DNA from: Leptogorgia sarmentosa
Taxonomy: Eukaryota
NCBI GenBank assembly: GCA_964658305.1
Contig: OZ210885.1
Span: 7,502,001-7,566,000, forward strand
Length of the DNA: 64,000 nucleotides
Direction: 5' to 3'
Shown: in pieces, positions 26,360-39,300 of the stretch
Position numbering within the stretch: the first letter of the stretch is position 1
How the letters are laid out: each line of letters begins with the position of its first letter
Notes under the pieces: model-generated
What the model was told of the DNA's origin: nothing
Seen by the model: the letters and a program-made list of their open reading frames with translations, nothing else
The model's database searches: none
Position numbers and translations under genes: made by a program

Positions 26360-27425
26360 CTGTATATTACGTCATTAATCTCACTTCGTATCATCGTATC
26401 ATCGTATCACGAAAAAATATACCTTGCTCAGGACCTTTGAGCTTGCTCGGACTTACTATATATTACGTCATTAATCTCACTTCGTATCATCGTATCACGA
26501 AAAAATATACCTTGCCCAGGACCTTTGAGCTTGCTCGGACTTATTATATATTACGTCACTAATCTCACTTCGTATCATCGTATCACGACAAAATATACCT
26601 TGCTCAGGAACTTTGAGCTTACTCGGACTTATTATATATTACGTCACTAATCTCACTTCGTATCATCGTATCATCGTATCACGAAAAAATATACCTTGCT
26701 CAGGACCTTTGAGCTTGCTCGGACTTACTATATATTACGTCACTAATCTCACTTCGTATCATCGTATCATCGTATCACGAAAAAATATACCTTGCTCAGG
26801 ACCTTTGAGCTTGCTCGGACTTACTATATATTACCTCACTAATCTCACTTCGTATCATCGTATCATCGTATCACGAAAAAATATACCTTGCCCAGGAACT
26901 TTGAGCTTGCTTGGACTTATTATATATTACGTCACTAATCTCACTTCGTATCATCGTATCACGAAAAAATATACCTTGCCCAGGAACTTTGAGCTTGCTC
27001 GGACTTATTATATATTACGTCACTAATCTCACTTCGTATCATCGTATCATCGTATCACGAAAAAATATACCTTGCTCAGGACCTTTGAGCTTGCTCGGAC
27101 TTACTATATATTACGTCATTAATCTCACTTCGTATCATCGTATCACGAAAAAATATACCTTGCTCAGGAACTTTGAGCTTGCTCGGACTTACTATATATT
27201 ACGTCACTAATCTCACTTCGTATCATCGTATCATCGTATCACGAAAAAATATACCTTGCTCAGGAACTTTGAGCTTGCTCGGACTTACTATATATTACGT
27301 CATTATTCTCACTTCGTATCATCGTATCACGAAAAAATATACCTTGCTCAGGAACTTTGAGCTTGCTCGGACTTACTATATATTACGTCATTATTCTCAC
27401 TTCGTATCATCGTATCATGATAACA
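26360..27425 (+). repeat. Minisatellite, 88/96-bp units
   Basis: TTACGTCA anchor (TTACCTCA at 26831) at 26367, 26463, 26551, 26639, 26735, 26831, 26927, 27015, 27111, 27199, 27295, 27383. Units differ by one extra 8-bp TCGTATCA. Confidence 0.95.
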
Positions 27426-28530
27426 AGTCATAGTTTCAAATTTCAAAAGTGGCCGGGTATTCTATAATCGCTCCCGGTGTTCGATACAATACATTATTAT
27501 AGCATTAAACACGATATAAACCGAGATGTGAGCCAAGAAAAGTGGTTTTGATTGAGGTTTTCATTGGGTGAGGTATTTCGCAAGCGTCATGTATTTCCCG
27601 CCTACGTACGCGAAATACATGAGCCGTCACGCTTGGTCAGGAATTTCGCAGAGGTCAGGAATTTCGCCAACCTCGTTCCCAGGCTCTTGATCCTCTCGCT
27701 CCCCGCTTGAGGAAAGACCCTGGTCGGGGCTGGTCACGTGGCACCCAGATTTTGGGTGCTAAATTGACAATTTACTTAGGGACGGGTGGTAGGGGAGTGA
27801 ATTGGTTTGGCTTTATTTAATTGCAACTTGTGTTCTGGATTCGGACGAAAGTATTAATATTTGCAACATGAAATTAAAAATAGAAGAACTAAAAAATTCA
27901 TATTATTTGTTATTAAATACTTCCTGTGTAACAATGAATGTTAAGTTGCATTTAACGAGACAACTTGGATCAGATTTCAGTAGACAACAAAGGCGCTTGG
28001 CGAGGACTTTTCACCGTAAGAATTTGAACACATAATGTACAAACAAGCTATGATATAATACACATAGAACCAAAAGATACAGAGGAATATGTAATTGTCA
28101 GCATCAACCTGTCCATTACTCAAGCCCAACGGATTTATTGTACGTGTAAATGTGGAATTGATGAAAATCGGGTAGCGTCCGACTATTTGTAAACATGGCC
28201 TACCTCGACCCCCAAAATATCCCATTTTACTTTCATGAAAGATATTAACGATCAAGAATTGCTTTGAAGTGTATATATCAAACATTGTATTATCCAAGAA
28301 TGCAAAGTCAAAGGCTCTCCATGCATATCGTAGAACTTAGCTACATTATAATTTTTATAAACTTGAATATACGTTTTGTGCAATTTGAAATATTTCTTTC
28401 ATTACCTTCAAAAATCGTAAAAAGATATTCCACTTCTTTGAATTTGTATATCGTAATAATATACGTAATTTTATTCTTACTTTGTATAAGAATGACTGTG
28501 AATATACTTGCATGGTTTTGAAAGAACATG

Positions 28531-29701
28531 CAGGGCCGTAGCTAAACATTTATAGTTGGGGGGGTGTAGGCCAAAAATTTCCGAATGACAAAAAAATTTT
28601 CCGAATATTTCATGGCATACCGAAGCCACAAATGTGTTTACTATCCGGACGAAGCAGTAAATTATATAGATATTAATGAAAGCCGTTTTTTATTAGTCGC
28701 CACGTAATGAAAACGCCATTCATGCAGACATGACAAATGTCACAAATTTATTCTTCGGTTAGTTTTCATAAACCATTTATCAACTAGCATGTCTATGTCC
28801 ACACTGTCAGTAATATCTTTTTCGCTGGTTAAATGCTACAATTTACGTTATTATCCACACAGATTAAAATTACCAGATTTAAAGTTTCTAAGGGTTTTTT
28901 GGGAGAATTAAGTCAATTATTGACCAAATACAAACAATAAAAAAAAAATACGCATATCTTACGCATAGACATATTACAGAGGTAACAAACCGAAAAACCG
29001 GATTTACCGATTTTTAAATTGTTATCAGTGGCGTAGCGAAGCCATTCCGATAGGGGGGGGGGGGGGGTGTAATGCAAAATATTTTACCGACCTAAATAGG
29101 TTTGGGCACGACAGGGCCAGATTATTTGGTGGGGAGGGCGAGTCTCACCAGACGCCACCATGGTTGGCGTCGAGCGAGAAAATTTTGTGAATTTAGCTAG
29201 AGCCTCTAGATCGCCGGAAACGGCCATTTCAGAGTGTTAACCAAAGCCTTAACACTCAGAATAGAGTATAGAGGTTTAATCGCACACGAACTAATCGCAC
29301 ACGGACATAGACAACAGACATATACTTTTACATATTTTACTTTTCTGCTCTCTCTGTGATTTAATGACATAAATTGAAAATTTACCGACTGCTTTGGCTT
29401 CAAAACCGACCGCAATTCATTTACCGACCATTATCAAGAAAATTGGGGGGGTGTCACACCCCCCACACCCCCCCGCTCGCTACGCCCCTGATTGTTATCC
29501 TTGTAAATGCCATGATATCGTAAATCAGTTTATACTGACTCTTTCTGTAATATTTTCTCTGTTTAAAAATTAAGATTTCGTTATACTTTTATTTCCGTAA
29601 TTTTCCGAATGGCAAACCCGATTTTCCGAATATGTTAATTCTAGAAAAGTTGGGGGGGGGGGGGTTAGCCACCCCCCAATACCCCCCTCGCTACGGCCCT
29701 G
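28531..29701. mobile_element. hAT-type MITE (nested)
   Basis: TIR CAGGGCCGTAGC / GCTACGGCCCTG; 8-bp TSD AGAACATG. Confidence 0.85.
29026..29490. mobile_element. hAT-type MITE (nested inside the previous one)
   Basis: TIR CAGTGGCGTAGCGA / TCGCTACGCCCCTG; 8-bp TSD ATTGTTAT. Confidence 0.85.
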
Positions 29702-30329
29702 AGAACATGTGTACTGTATACATGCGAACACTTACAATATATATACACATTGTGTGGCCATTTGAGTGAAATGTTTATGTTGGCATGCATGCAACCAGTT
29801 GTGCCAAGATGTGAATTTTGCCCAAAGGCGCTATGTGTATGAACACCCGGGGTCGTTATTAGGAATAAGTCCCAATAAACAAGGAAATAAACACAAATTT
29901 TGTAAGGTTTCTGCATGGGAACAATTCAAAGGCGTGTTACAGAATATTAATACGGAAACGCTTCAATTTGAAACGGCGCTTGAGGTTTGCGACGAAGCGC
30001 ACGATGATATCATGGTCATATTGCTCGATTTCTTGTATCGATAAAATTTGTTCTTGTTAGATGGTTTTCTTGTATAATTCAAAACGTTAATAAGCGGGTT
30101 AAAGCAGGTTCCTAATGTAATTATTCGTAACATTTAAGTCCTTACTCACTCCTTACTATTGAAATGTAACGTTGACTGGAAAAAGTGGAAAAATGTAATT
30201 TGAGACTTTCCCCTCACCCCCTAAGGCCAATCAATCACGTGACCAGCCCCGACCAGGGTCTTTCCTCAAGCGGGGAGCGAGAGGATCAAGAGCCTGGGAA
30301 CGAGGTTGGAATTTCGCTTGACACCGTTC

Positions 30330-31352
30330 CAAGACATAAATTTGCGAATTTTCTTTATCTACCAACATACCACTTCACAGCGAAAACACCATACGACCAC
30401 ACTTTACGGCGAAAACACCATAAAACTGATCCTTGATGATTGTACCAAAATTCAATTTTCCGTCAACGGTGATCTTTATAAACAATTTCGAACTTCGATG
30501 GGTTCGCCTTCAAGTCCAACTTTAGCTAACATCATCATGATGGCATTAGAAGACGAAATAATAAAAGACCTTTTCGAAAACGATACTATAAAATTCTATA
30601 TAAGATATGTTGATGACACACAAGTTTTGACCAAACCGTCTGATATTAACTTGATTTTAAATAAACTGAACAGCTACCATCCGGATATACAGTTCACGCA
30701 TGAAGAGTTCGTCGATAACGAGGTAAATTTTGTGGTTTTCTAATTAACATCTAACGGCACTTCGATTTTTCGTAAGAGCACACACACACAGGCCAGTATA
30801 TCAATTAATCTAGTTTTACTCCGTGGTCGTACAAAATTTCATGGATTAGGTCACTTGTGCATAGTACTTGCACTGTTTCGTGCAAAGATAAAACACTTAA
30901 GGAGTTTCAAAGTTCGGTGGTTTATAAATTTTCATGTCCTAGGTGCGGCAAAACATACATAGGAAAGACAGACAGATGCCTCTATACAAGACTGAACGAA
31001 CATGCAATCACAGACAAAAACTCAGAGATTGATAAAAACATTAACACTTGCGAACAATTTAACTATCTGAACCTACTGAACAACTGCAACATCATAGACA
31101 GGGCTAAGCATTGGTCAAATCTGCTGTTCAAAGAAAAAAATCATTCATCGACAAAAACCGGAACTGAATCATGGGACTAAAGCATCTAGAGAACTATCGG
31201 TTGTCTTCTGATTAGATATCAATTTACGTAGAATATATAACGCATGCACATGAAATACAACCATTCCTGAATCGTGATGATGACTAAATAAAGTCGAAAC
31301 GTTGAATCAAAATGCTTACGTTATTCGGAGTTACCGTTGTTGTGTATTTCAT
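30330..31352 (+). mobile_element. 5'-truncated, decayed Penelope-like retroelement (RT + GIY-YIG endonuclease + pLTR)
   Basis: RT motifs LYKQ...SMGSPSSPTLANI and FYIRYVDDT; GIY-YIG motif SSVVYKFSCPRCGKTYIGKTDRCLYTRLNEH; stops and frameshifts present. The 3' segment is repeated at 23860-23945 (-) and 41570-41650 (+). Confidence 0.9.
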
Positions 31353-32737
31353 GAAAATACTCAGTGTTTCCCGTAATTATAAGTAGGCTATGTATACGCA
31401 TATTTCAGGATGAACAGGATATGTAAAAAGAACAATGTTTTACTTAAGTCTGATCATAGACGATTGTCTATGATCTAAGTGACTTTTAAGCGCTTATTAT
31501 ATTAATATGGCACGGCTTGAATGACACAATTAACGACATAGATATATTTAATCGTTGTCAGTTTACAACTATCCATAATATGCTCGAAATACGGAACACA
31601 CTGCGAGGCAACGAATATTTGGAGACAGCGTTGAGTGGTCAATACTTTCCATTCGTCTTACAAATTGAATAAATCTGGCTTGTCTGATTGTTCAAAACTG
31701 GGTTACTCATATAGATAAATTGCGATAGCAAAGTAGGAAGTAAGATAATATGTTACGGCTTTAAAAGGAGAGATGCGCATGACAAAAATTTTGGTTGAGT
31801 GAAATAATAATGTTGGATACTGCCTTGTAGCTTTACCAGTGGTGGCGCCAAAGGGCGGGGGGGGGGTGGGGGGAGGTATATGGAAGACAGCGGAGATGCC
31901 ATTTCCGACCATCAAGAGATTCCAAATTTCTAAAATTTTCTCGTTCAGGCTCAGCGCCAATCCTAGTGGCGGTGTATGACGTCTCGTGAGCTGCGGTTCC
32001 CACCCAAATAAAACCATTTTCTAACGCCCTGTTAACGTATCATTTCGCCCGGCGAGAGAGGGGGCCAGTGGCCTGTTGATCCCCCCAATTTTTGCAGTGC
32101 AACGGGAAAGAAAATTGTTGGCCTCTCTCTGAAACGTTAAAGCCGCCCCCTAATATTCCATAAGAAAGGGGCCAGAATACCTTTTGCTGCCGAATAATTA
32201 TTTGATTTATCGTTATTGCAGCAAAATGTTTCAATTTATATGAGACCTCGATGCACTCGAGTCTCATATACTCACCCCACGTCTTATCTACAAATTACTG
32301 AATAATTACATATAATTGTCAAAGGCAGTGGATACTAGATTATGTCAACAAACAGCAAAAGTTCTACTAATTACCTAAAGGATAAACTAGGATTCGATGT
32401 TTTGTGCAACGGCCCTCGGGCATTTTAACACACACTAATTTTTTACTATTGGACTTTGCTTGAAGCACTTATTCTTATTGCATTTGTTCAGCTAGTGGGC
32501 AGAACTTTAGTTGATGTTGTTATTCGGTAGCGGTACCTATATAGCTACTGGCCACGTGTTGAAGTTTGTTACCAGATGATTCCATACAATTATTTTCAAA
32601 GAAACTTCTACTTTCACATTTTTGTAAAACACTTAAAATGTCAGAAAGTAATTATGTCTGTACTGTTTACAAAAGCTTTGTGCTTTCGTAGCTAAAATTG
32701 TAACACCATTATTTTATGTTTACTTCATAGAACGATA

Positions 32738-33323
32738 ATGATATCAGAGGAAGAACAACATTGGGTTTTAGTTGGCATTGCCTTTACCAAAGTTCTTGCA
32801 CCTGCATTGAGGAAAGTTGTCGCCACTGAACTTGGGAAATGGTATCATTCTTTATGCCAACCACCTGATGAAATTCAAAAGCAAGATTTCGCAGCATACA
32901 GAAGGAAGAAATTACCCCCTTCCACACATAACCTACAATATCAGAACATTAACAATAACATTATCCACAAGCGTACTAAATCAGCTTATGATTATGCTGT
33001 TAAAGATCCTGTCTCTTTGGCGAAACTATTCGTCACGGACTTTATGGCACATTTCACTGGATTTGATAAAACCATGGATATGTCAGCACTTTTGACTATT
33101 ATCGGCAAGGCAGACCCTTTTGTATCATCTGGTGCTGCAGCTGAAGCAAACAAAGTTCGGTCGGACATCAGAAACCCATGGGCTCATTGTAACATCTCTG
33201 AATGGACAGTACATATGTTCAATGCCTCGTTTCAAGGAATGGAATCTTTGGTCAAAATATTAAATTTACCAATAGCTGACGAAAAAATAATTTGTGATGA
33301 ACTAGATTTCTGGAATAAAACAG
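32738..33323 (+). CDS. Exon 1: HEPN-like N-terminal effector domain
   Basis: Acceptor ttcatag ends 7 nt before the ATG; donor ACAG|gtactg. Helical protein with D-MSALL and VRSDIRNPWAH (R-x4-H at 33170-33187), resembling the CXorf38/DUF4559 and DZIP3 HEPN families (recognised by eye). Confidence 0.8.
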
Positions 33324-36300
33324 GTACTGTATTATTAGCATTATTGCCGGAATTTCATCATGCCTTTAAATATGTTTTGCGCAGATCATTTTTTATCTCC
33401 GGTAAGAAAACCCCCATGTGTTGAAAGAATTTCTCTTATTATTCATTTATTATTATTTTTATCATCCAATTTTATTCATATATTACCATATATACAATTC
33501 AATGCGATTCTCAATACGATCAATCGTTGAAATTATATGGGGTCGAACAGGTAAAAAAAATTAAATTCTCCAATAGTGTAGCTATACTTTGAAACTTTAC
33601 ATAGAAATCTAGTGTTGAATTGGTGACAGTGATTTATTTTTAGACCTTCATATAAGTGCAGAAGTTAAATGCCTTTAATACTGTATACAACATGATATAC
33701 AGTATAGTACAACTAATATATGCTGACATATGCATAAAATCAAAATTTTCACATGAATTAGACTTCGTAAATCGTACTAATTCCAGTTGGACATTTGTGT
33801 TCAAAACTTCAATCATTCAAAAGTCGGGAATGTTTAACGCAATTTTGCCAATTTTTTCATTTTAGTATTAGACACGCAAAATTGATAGACTTTTCTCGAT
33901 AAGGATATAAATGCATGGGTAATACTAAAATATACAAAATTTGAAAACTTTACAGGGTCATATTTTTCGCAAAAAATCTACTTTACTCAAAACGTCCAAC
34001 CTATTTGCATTGTTTAGGTTGTGGGTAGGACATGTGCTGCTTGCTGATGTTGTTATCCCCTATCTACTACACTGGGCGCATATTGACGTTTGCTAATAAC
34101 CACAGCAGACCATGCTTAGCAAATATATGGACAGCAAGGCATGCTTTTTCATGTATCCTTCGTGCTACGCGCATTAGCAGCGGTAGATTTATAGTGTTTG
34201 TGATACTGAAGAAAAATTTTCTGCATTATTTCCAGACATTCTTGTTGATGGTCGTCACGCAAAACTAATTGCAGAAAGTGTAGCTGAACTTTGCCGTTGT
34301 ATCAAAAACTACGATTTGGACGCCACAAAGGTTTGAGGAACTTTTGATGTTTCATTTAACAGTCGTTGAAGAAGTAGGAAGACGCTGTTCAAATTAATAT
34401 AAGACATGTTTCAAATGCGAGCGAGTGCAAATTTTCAGCGTGGGAACGCAATCTGTGCTTTTTTTCGATAATGCTGTTTTTATGAGTTTTGCTTTACCCG
34501 TTAAACGTTGCAAGTCAAACATGTGCATACTTTTTTGGGGACACGTTTGCAATAGAATACTTAGAACGAAGCGTGTACTGATAAATAAAACACACTACAT
34601 ATCAATTACTGATAAATAAAATACTCTTTTAGGGGGAAAAAAACTAGCCCAAGGGGCTGGGACAACCCATTAGGCAAAACAATTGAGGCATTCTCATAGG
34701 CAAGATAAACCTAAATTTTGATAGATAACAATTATTTTTCCTTGCAAAATTGCTATTCCAACGTTGAACTATAAATTTCTGAAAAGTTTACAAACTAGGA
34801 AACTTGCATATCAGATTTCAATAGACCTTATGTATATTGTCGTCACAAGAATTTTAGCTCGTATTCGACTTTACATCTGTGTCGACTAAGCATTGAAATA
34901 TTTCGTCCTCACAGTGAGGTAAAAATTATTCGATGGCAATTCGAAAATTTTGAGAAAAAAGGGCCAATCCATAAGAGAGGAGAAAATAGGTACGCACAAC
35001 TCACATGTGGGTAGCCCGTAAAAGATCGGCCAAGCAATTTCCCTTTCTCTAAAATCCTGACCATTAAAGGGAAATATTGATAAAGCTCAGACGGTTAAGC
35101 ACACGGGCGTGCGTCGCTGTTCAAACAAACCAAGTCCACAGACTTTCCGTCTTCTCTCTTCAGCTAGCCACAATGCGTAGTTTCTGTCCCAAGGATTCTT
35201 GACTTGCTCAGTAATTGCCTTCAAGTTGTCCTTCAGTAATTCTATTTAATTTGGGAATTAACAGTTTAAGCGACTGGCTTCTATTTCTCATCTTTGCTGG
35301 GCGAGAGGTGGATATAACTCCATCGTTTATCGATTATGAGTTTTATTTTCAGTTTGGCAGAGCACTCCAAGTATAGAACGACTGTCTTTAAACTTCAGGA
35401 CATCAGACGGTAGTTGATTCTTTTCAGTGTTGGAGCTTAGTTCACCCCACGCTAGTTACGCTTCGCCACCTTTTCTTCATTCAGGAACTAACAATTTTAC
35501 TTTACTCATCTCGCCTAAGATTGTTTTCAGTCACCTCGATACACGCTTTCAATTCCAACTAATTCTTCTCGAATCCTTGTGGCCCTGCCCTCTTTACTTG
35601 TCAGGTCGTCCACAGCACCACGAACTCTGTCCTCGCCTCATATATATTCTCTCATTAATTTACATACTCATCTTAATCTCTAATCTAATAATATACTTAA
35701 AAAAAAATTCTCGATTCTGATTGTTTGAAAGAAGTGCAATTTTAAGGAAATACAGTACCAAACAAGGAAATTCAGTGCCAAAAAAAGAAATTCAGTGCAA
35801 ATTTCTTCAGATGTTTATGCCTTCTGAATGGCTGAGATTATAAAGGTAGCCAATAAGATTAAACCATTTCTGGCGAACAATAAAAAATATGAAATTATTC
35901 GAGGATGAAATAATGGCTGCCTCTTTGGGTAGATTCTTTTAGCAACAGACAAATGATAGAGGGGCTTACAAATTGTTCGAAAAATGAAAATACCGCCAAA
36001 GATATCTAGTCTTGTGGTTGATTGTGCGGAGAAAGTGGTGCATTGAAAAGGAAATACAGCGCGAGTACAAAATATTCCGCAAGAGGTGTTAGATTATATA
36101 TTTTGATCGATTGTTTTTATGCTGAACGAAAACTGTGAATTAAAAAAGAAACGGCGATGAATGTGAGCCAGACACTTAAAAGTGATATTAACAGCAGTCG
36201 ATGATGACAACCTTTTTATAATACAAGACAAAGATTTCTCTTCGTTCAAGCAAGTGCTCGGTGGACAAGCAAAACATCTCCGTATATTAGCGGCCGAACA

Positions 36301-39300
36301 AAGCGAGACAAGTATATTCTATTTAAATTCTCGTGCAATTTGCAAAAACATGCACTCTGAGTTTTTCAAAGACTTCAAATTGCACTCGTCCTTTGGACTC
36401 GTGCAATTTTGAATGTCTTTGAAAAACTCACTCGTGCATGTTTTTTCCAAATTGCACTCGAAACCATACAATTACCTATACTAATAACGTTAGATTATAA
36501 CCATTATTACATCACACACCTTAAGCCGCTTTGTGATGGTGAGAGTGATTTCAAATTTGTTTCAGCCCGTAAATTGAATATTACTAAATCAATTTTATCT
36601 ATTCAGATAAATCCAGTGATGGAGAAACTCAATAACATACAATCCACACTGCTTAGCAAAATTACAGAGGTTGAAAGGTCTGCAGCTGAGAACTCAGAAA
36701 AACTTGGACATCATTCAAGGGAGCTTAAACGTCTGGCGGAGAAAACAGATGAAAACGAAGGTCGTCAGAAAAAGCCGAAGACGGAGCATTCAGATTTTGC
36801 AGAGAAAAAAGGTAGTGTCTCAATTAACTAGGAAAGATCGGAAACTATTTGGGCAGAATATATTATGCAAAAAAAATTACAGACAATCAGGCAGCCATTC
36901 ACTTTTCAAAATTTGTTCTTCACGAACCTTCCCGGTCTTAAACGTTCTGTTTCTAGAATTTGAAATTTCTTGTAGGAAAATATCTCGTTAGAGTAAACGG
37001 CAACAGGAATCCAATATGTCTTCTAACACTCCCCAGATTTAGTGACAATCCGTTCATTGGCAGTGCAGTAGGAGCTGTCGCACTCATCATCACTAAAAAT
37101 GAATTTTAATGTTAGGCGGGTTAATTGCGTAGGTCACAACCAAATAAAAAACACTCGTGAAACGTTGACGCAGCTCAATTGCGACAAGAATGCTTAAATG
37201 TTGCTGATAGTAGTTAAATGCTTCTTCTTTTGATTTATGTCCTAAAATGCCTCATTATCATTTTGATTTATGATATTGACTTTAATTTAGTAACAAACAT
37301 AATAAATACACGAGAACGGGACTGGATCCAATGCACGGTGTCAGCCTGACTAAAAATATACAAACTACTAGCGTAACTATTATAATAATTAGATACAAGC
37401 ATTTAAATAGATAAAATTAGAATGACAAGGAGACGTCCTATCTAAAGAACATATTAATAAGTACAAGGTAAATCGGGATCGAATGTTGTTGTGAAAAGTT
37501 CCTGATAAGTTTTGTACAAGATTCCAACCTGGGAAAGGTTAACAGAACAGGAAGAGCGTAATCGTATCATACGTTTTATTCAATTGCACTCTTATGTTAA
37601 TTTGCATCTACATCTTTGTAGCATGCAAGCATTTTATTTTATATTCAATGGCTACTTTCTACGGGCAAACCCTGCGGACCGTACAGTTCATATTTCTTCT
37701 CCCCCTCTGGAATAGTTTGTGACAACAAGTTTAATAAATTCATGATAACATGCTTCAACATCTGGCTACAGTTTAGGTATAACGGATAACTACATCAATA
37801 AACAAAAATTATTCAGACTAACTACTTGTCCCCCATTCCCCCCTGAAACAATCTTGTAACAACGATCTCACGCCATCTGGTTTGCTCAAAAAGATCCAGG
37901 CAGAATTGTTAACGGGGGAAGGGGGGAAATATTAAAACAAATTGAAGAAGATCTGGATAAATTCATGTGTGAATATGAGAAAAATGTTTGAAGTAGCTAA
38001 AGTCTCATTTTGCACGGGAATTGTAGATCCATCCCTGTTTAGTTGTATTCATCCAGCATATTCCGTTTATTTTATATTGTAGTTGCGTATGGATTACGCA
38101 ATCTACCTCGTGACATGGTGGAAAGACCATCAGAAGTGAACGACATATTGAAACTACTTACAGAAGGAAATAATCGAGTTGGTGTGGTCGGGAATCGTAG
38201 CGGCGACGTCGTTGGTATCCGTGGTATGGGGGGTCTGGGTAAGACCATCTTAGCTCTGGCTGTCGCTTGGTCTGCCAAAGAATCTCGTCAGGTAATATGG
38301 CTTGATGTTGGAGAAACTCCTGACTGCTTATCACTCATTAACCTGCTCATAAAAGTTCTTGGTGGCGAAGCCTCGTTCACTGACATCCGGGCAGCGCAAT
38401 CCTGGGTCTCAGCAAACACGGTATGTGTACATTATTTGAACTTTTTGCAATACTCATTGATGCGTTATTACACAAAATTGTTGTCAAAAGTTACTGGTGA
38501 TGCAAATAGCGCGTTATATAAACTTCCACTGATTCCGTCATAAGAGGAAAACAGAGAAAGTGATTAGCGTGATGAGATGGATATCAGGTTTTTTCGTTGT
38601 AAAGTAACGAACACACATGTAAGCTTTTTACCACTTACGGTATGCCAATGACAAAGACGAGGATACACTAGGTGAGGGTCGCCCTTTTAATCAGTGCCAT
38701 ACATAGCCCGATAATGCGCGGGGATCATATTCATGTATATTCGTATTCTTAATGACTTTTTCGAAATCTAGTGTCTTTGAACTTTGTAAACGCGGATATA
38801 TGAATGTGCCTTCTCCAATTATCGATTTGGCTACCCATCTATTGATAATTCTGAAGCAGTGGCAACGTTGCTTCTGCTTCGACCCAGTTAATTTTACCCA
38901 AGAAACTCGAAAAGCATCAGCACAGCGACAGTATATAAAGCAGTTTTCTATGTATTGCAGAGTGACAAGGATTGCTTGGTGATTCTTGATGATGTTTGGA
39001 GTGTAAACCACGCTTCTGTATTTGATCATCTCTCTGGAAAATGCCAATTATTAATAACTACAAGGAATTCTGAAGTTGTTCGCGGTTTACAAAGTTCTGC
39101 TTTGTATACACTCAATTTTTTAAAACGGACTGGATCTTACAAGCTTTTGTATCAAAGCGCCCAAGTCACCGAGGACGAGCAGTCCGAGTTTAGCTCAAAC
39201 ATGCGGCGAATTATAGAGGAAATGTTAAACCATTGTGGCGATTTACCGCTAGCTCTGTCCCTTGTGGGTTCAAGTTTAGCCGACACTCGCGACGAACAAG

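Larger units (their letters stand above)
24403..27468. mobile_element. Foldback-type TIR element with modular arms
   Basis: Termini ATTATAGAATACCCGTCCACTTTTGAAA / TTTCAAAAGTGGCCGGGTATTCTATAAT. Both arms are built from the same ~88-bp unit (about 3 copies on the left, minus strand; about 12 on the right). Superfamily unresolved. Confidence 0.75.
27668..30308. mobile_element. Non-autonomous TIR element with 9-bp TSD (AcademH-like; MuDR not excluded)
   Basis: About 73-bp perfect TIR CAACCTCGTTCCCAGGCTCTTGATCC...GGTCACGTG; TSD GAATTTCGC (27659-27667, 30309-30317). Confidence 0.85.

Noticed and set aside
26360..27425. CRISPR-like regular array and repetitive ORFs (26613, 26911, 27173)
   Set aside because: Units are repeated in full with no unique spacers, there are no cas genes, and the context is eukaryotic. 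Unit length 88 is not a multiple of 3, so the ORFs are artefacts.
34018..34268. Alternative exon 2 / ORF 34032-34268
   Set aside because: The acceptor at 34017 gives an in-frame stop after exon 1, and the ORF has no recognisable motif.
35080..35660. tRNA-like A box at ~35084 and decayed LINE/LTR-like peptides on the minus strand
   Set aside because: Too degenerate to support a call by eye.
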